Below, piece after piece: positions 61,587 through 64,000 of a stretch of 64,000 bases of DNA. The DNA comes from Dendrobates tinctorius (Eukaryota). The position numbers and the translations under genes are program-made. The notes beneath the pieces were generated by a model. That model saw only the letters and a program-made list of their open reading frames with translations. It made no database searches and was not told the origin of the DNA. The stretch's first letter is position 1; each line of letters begins with the position of its first letter. Location: assembly GCF_039654945.1 (NCBI RefSeq), contig NW_027361676.1, positions 5,208,001 to 5,272,000 of the forward strand, written 5' to 3'.

Positions 61587-61981
61587 AGGGTCTGTCACAC
61601 TAAGCGATATCGCTAGCAATATCGCTATAACGTCACAGGTTTTTGTGACGTTATAGCGATATTGCTAGCGATATCGCTATGTCTGATACTTACCTCTGAC
61701 TGCTCCTCCGCTGGTTATCGCTGATCGCGCGAGAACGTCCTGGACCGTTTCTCGTTGTCAGCTTCCTGTGGCGCCGACGAGCGACGCGTGGACGTGGGCG
61801 GGAGGACGTCAGGATCGCCTCGTCTGACAGGTAAGTAGTGACCCCCGACCCCTGCTATGCCGCTGGTGAGATCTGCCTGTGTGGCAGCTCACTAGCGACC
61901 ATTTAGCGATGCACCAGCGATCCTGACCGTGTCATATCGCTGGTCGGGATCGCTGGTGCATCGCTAAATGCGACAGTACCT
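61587..61981. mobile_element. Harbinger-type MITE
   Basis: TTA TSDs, homolog of 27902-28295. Confidence 0.82.
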
Positions 61982-62867
61982 TTAGACTCCTGCAGAAACC
62001 TCATCAAAAACACTGTGAACAACTCTGGTCTTGGTTAATTGGGCACTCTGTGTTGTGACACCTTTCTTAATCTTTTCAGCAATTGGTGTGAGATAGGATC
62101 AATGGATTAGCCTTCCTTCCCTGTATGCATTATTCAGCCTCGGCTATCCAGGACCATGTCATTGGTTCATTGGTTATCCTTATTTTGACCACTTTTTGTT
62201 GGTACTAATCAATGCATAGTTGGTATACACCACTATAACTCCCAAGCTATAGCTGCACCTCTATCTCTGATGTGCTGCCCTAGCAAATCTGTAGTATCTC
62301 ATTAGTGTTTAGAGCAGAAAAGACTTTGAACCAGTGTATATGATATTCAGACATGCTAGTATATATTTGCTCTGTATTACTCAATGCTAATATTGACCTA
62401 TGGTTACTAGGTTCTAAATTCGGAATCAATGATGTGCTCTATATTCCAAGTAGTCAAGTAAGTACTTTTATTACTTTAGTGCAACAATTACCTTACATCT
62501 TTTCATTACTGGCAGTAACAAATTGTGTTGGCAGCGTGAATTAACTTGTAGAATTTATGAACTGGTTATAATTAATTCCTGTTTGTTTTTCACATCGTGA
62601 CATTTGTTCAAATAAAAAGTCTGCTGTTAATTGGCAAAATCTTGTTATCCGGCATTATCAGATAATTAAATTTTAATATGTTCATTCTGGAATAACAGGA
62701 ATCTTACATAAGAGTCCTACACAGGGGCATACCGTCCATAGTGGCAGAGCACGCTGCCGCTATGGGGCTCATGAGAAAGGGGTCCTGTGAGACAGGAATG
62801 CACAATGCTCAACAGCATTGGACCGTTCTTTCCCCCATCAGAATTTCAACAGTTTCTGCATCCTTAG

Positions 62868-63104
62868 AATGGCTCTCCTGGCTCTCCTCCTATCTCTCTG
62901 ACTGCTCCTTCACTATATCTTTTGCTGGTTCCTCTCATCTCCCCCTAACTGTTGTGGCTCCTCATGGATTTGTCCTAGGCCTCCTCCTCTTCTCTTTGTA
63001 TACTGCCCCTATTGGACAAACAATCAGTAGATTTGGTTTCCAGTACCATCTCTATGCTGATGACACCCAATTACACACCTCCTCTCCTGACATCATGACT
63101 GCCT
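62868..63104 (+). pseudogene. L2 reverse transcriptase fragment
   Basis: [10 protein letters not shown]...[15 protein letters not shown]...[10 protein letters not shown]. Confidence 0.85.
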
Positions 63105-63108
63105 TTAA

Positions 63109-64000
63109 CCGCTTTCTGTCATGTGACGTACTATCCCATCCATGTGCCCTGGGACTTAATTCCCAGGGATGGGATAGTACATCACAGCGATCAGCGGCGC
63201 CCACGTGGTGAGCGCCGCTGATCGCGGCCGGGTGTCAGCTGATTATCACAGCTGACACACGGCACAATGTGTCAGGGGGCCTGACACGTTAACCCCTTGC
63301 ACACCGCGATCAAACACGATCGCGGTGTACCGGGGGTTAAAGGGAAGCATCGGCAGGGAGGGGGCTCCCTCGGTGCTTCCCTGAGCCCCCCACAGCAGCG
63401 CAATGTGCAGCGCTGCTGCGGGGGGCTCCATCCCTGCAGGTCCACGAATCCAAGATGGCGACGGGCACCTTCGGGGGCCTGCAGGGAGCTGGCTTCCTCA
63501 TGCCTGCAAAGCGCAGGCAAGGAGGAAGCCTTGTGCAGTGCCTGTGACAGATCGCTGATCTGTCACAGTGATCTGTGATGTGACAGATCAGCGATCTGTC
63601 ACAGGACAGTGATGTCCCCCCTGGGAAATTGTAATAAAGTTAAAAAAAAAGTGTAAAAATAATTAAAAAAAATCGCTAAATAAATGAAAAAAAAAAAAAA
63701 TTCTCTAATAAATTCATTTTTTGGAAATAAAAAAAACCAAAACAATAAAAGTACACATATTTGGTATCGCCGTGTCCGTAATGACCCGCCCTATAAAACT
63801 GTCCTATTAGTTAACCCCTTTAGCGAACCCCTTAAAAAATAAAAATAAAAAACAAAGCAAAAAATAATGATTTATTATCATACTGCCGAACAAAAAGTGC
63901 AATAACGCGCGATCAAAAAGACGCATATAAATATCCATGGTACCGCTGAAAACGTCATCTTGTCACGCAAAAAATGAGCCACACTACAGCATCATCAGCA
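63109..64000 (+). mobile_element. Second copy (5' part) of the 51739-54856 piggyBac-like element, running off the window
   Basis: TTAA at 63105-63108, highly similar to 51739-52560. Confidence 0.9.

Overview
Eukaryotic, intron- or intergenic-like window made almost entirely of nested transposable elements. The repeat repertoire (TAGAGATGAGCG-type hATs, TTAA-CCCCTT piggyBac-like elements, Harbinger and Kolobok MITEs, Tc1s, CR1/L2/L1, V-SINE, Gypsy solo LTRs) strongly resembles a frog genome (inference). The only clearly intact protein-coding gene is a 340-aa DD34E Tc1 transposase in a young 1.6-kb Tc1 (48981-50586). An 11.6-kb composite hAT (6659-18305) carries a nearly intact BED-finger transposase, a second deleted transposase copy, tandem arrays, a Gypsy integrase scrap, and a nested 1.45-kb hAT that has captured about 590 bp of 18S rRNA sequence. 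Four short Penelope-like insertions with 13-18 bp target duplications are present. Three carry minimal hammerhead-ribozyme motifs, and one of these (40790-40833) has a potentially functional U3-A8 core. One possible host coding exon lies at 58314-58395 on the minus strand. All coordinates were read by eye and no database searches were run.
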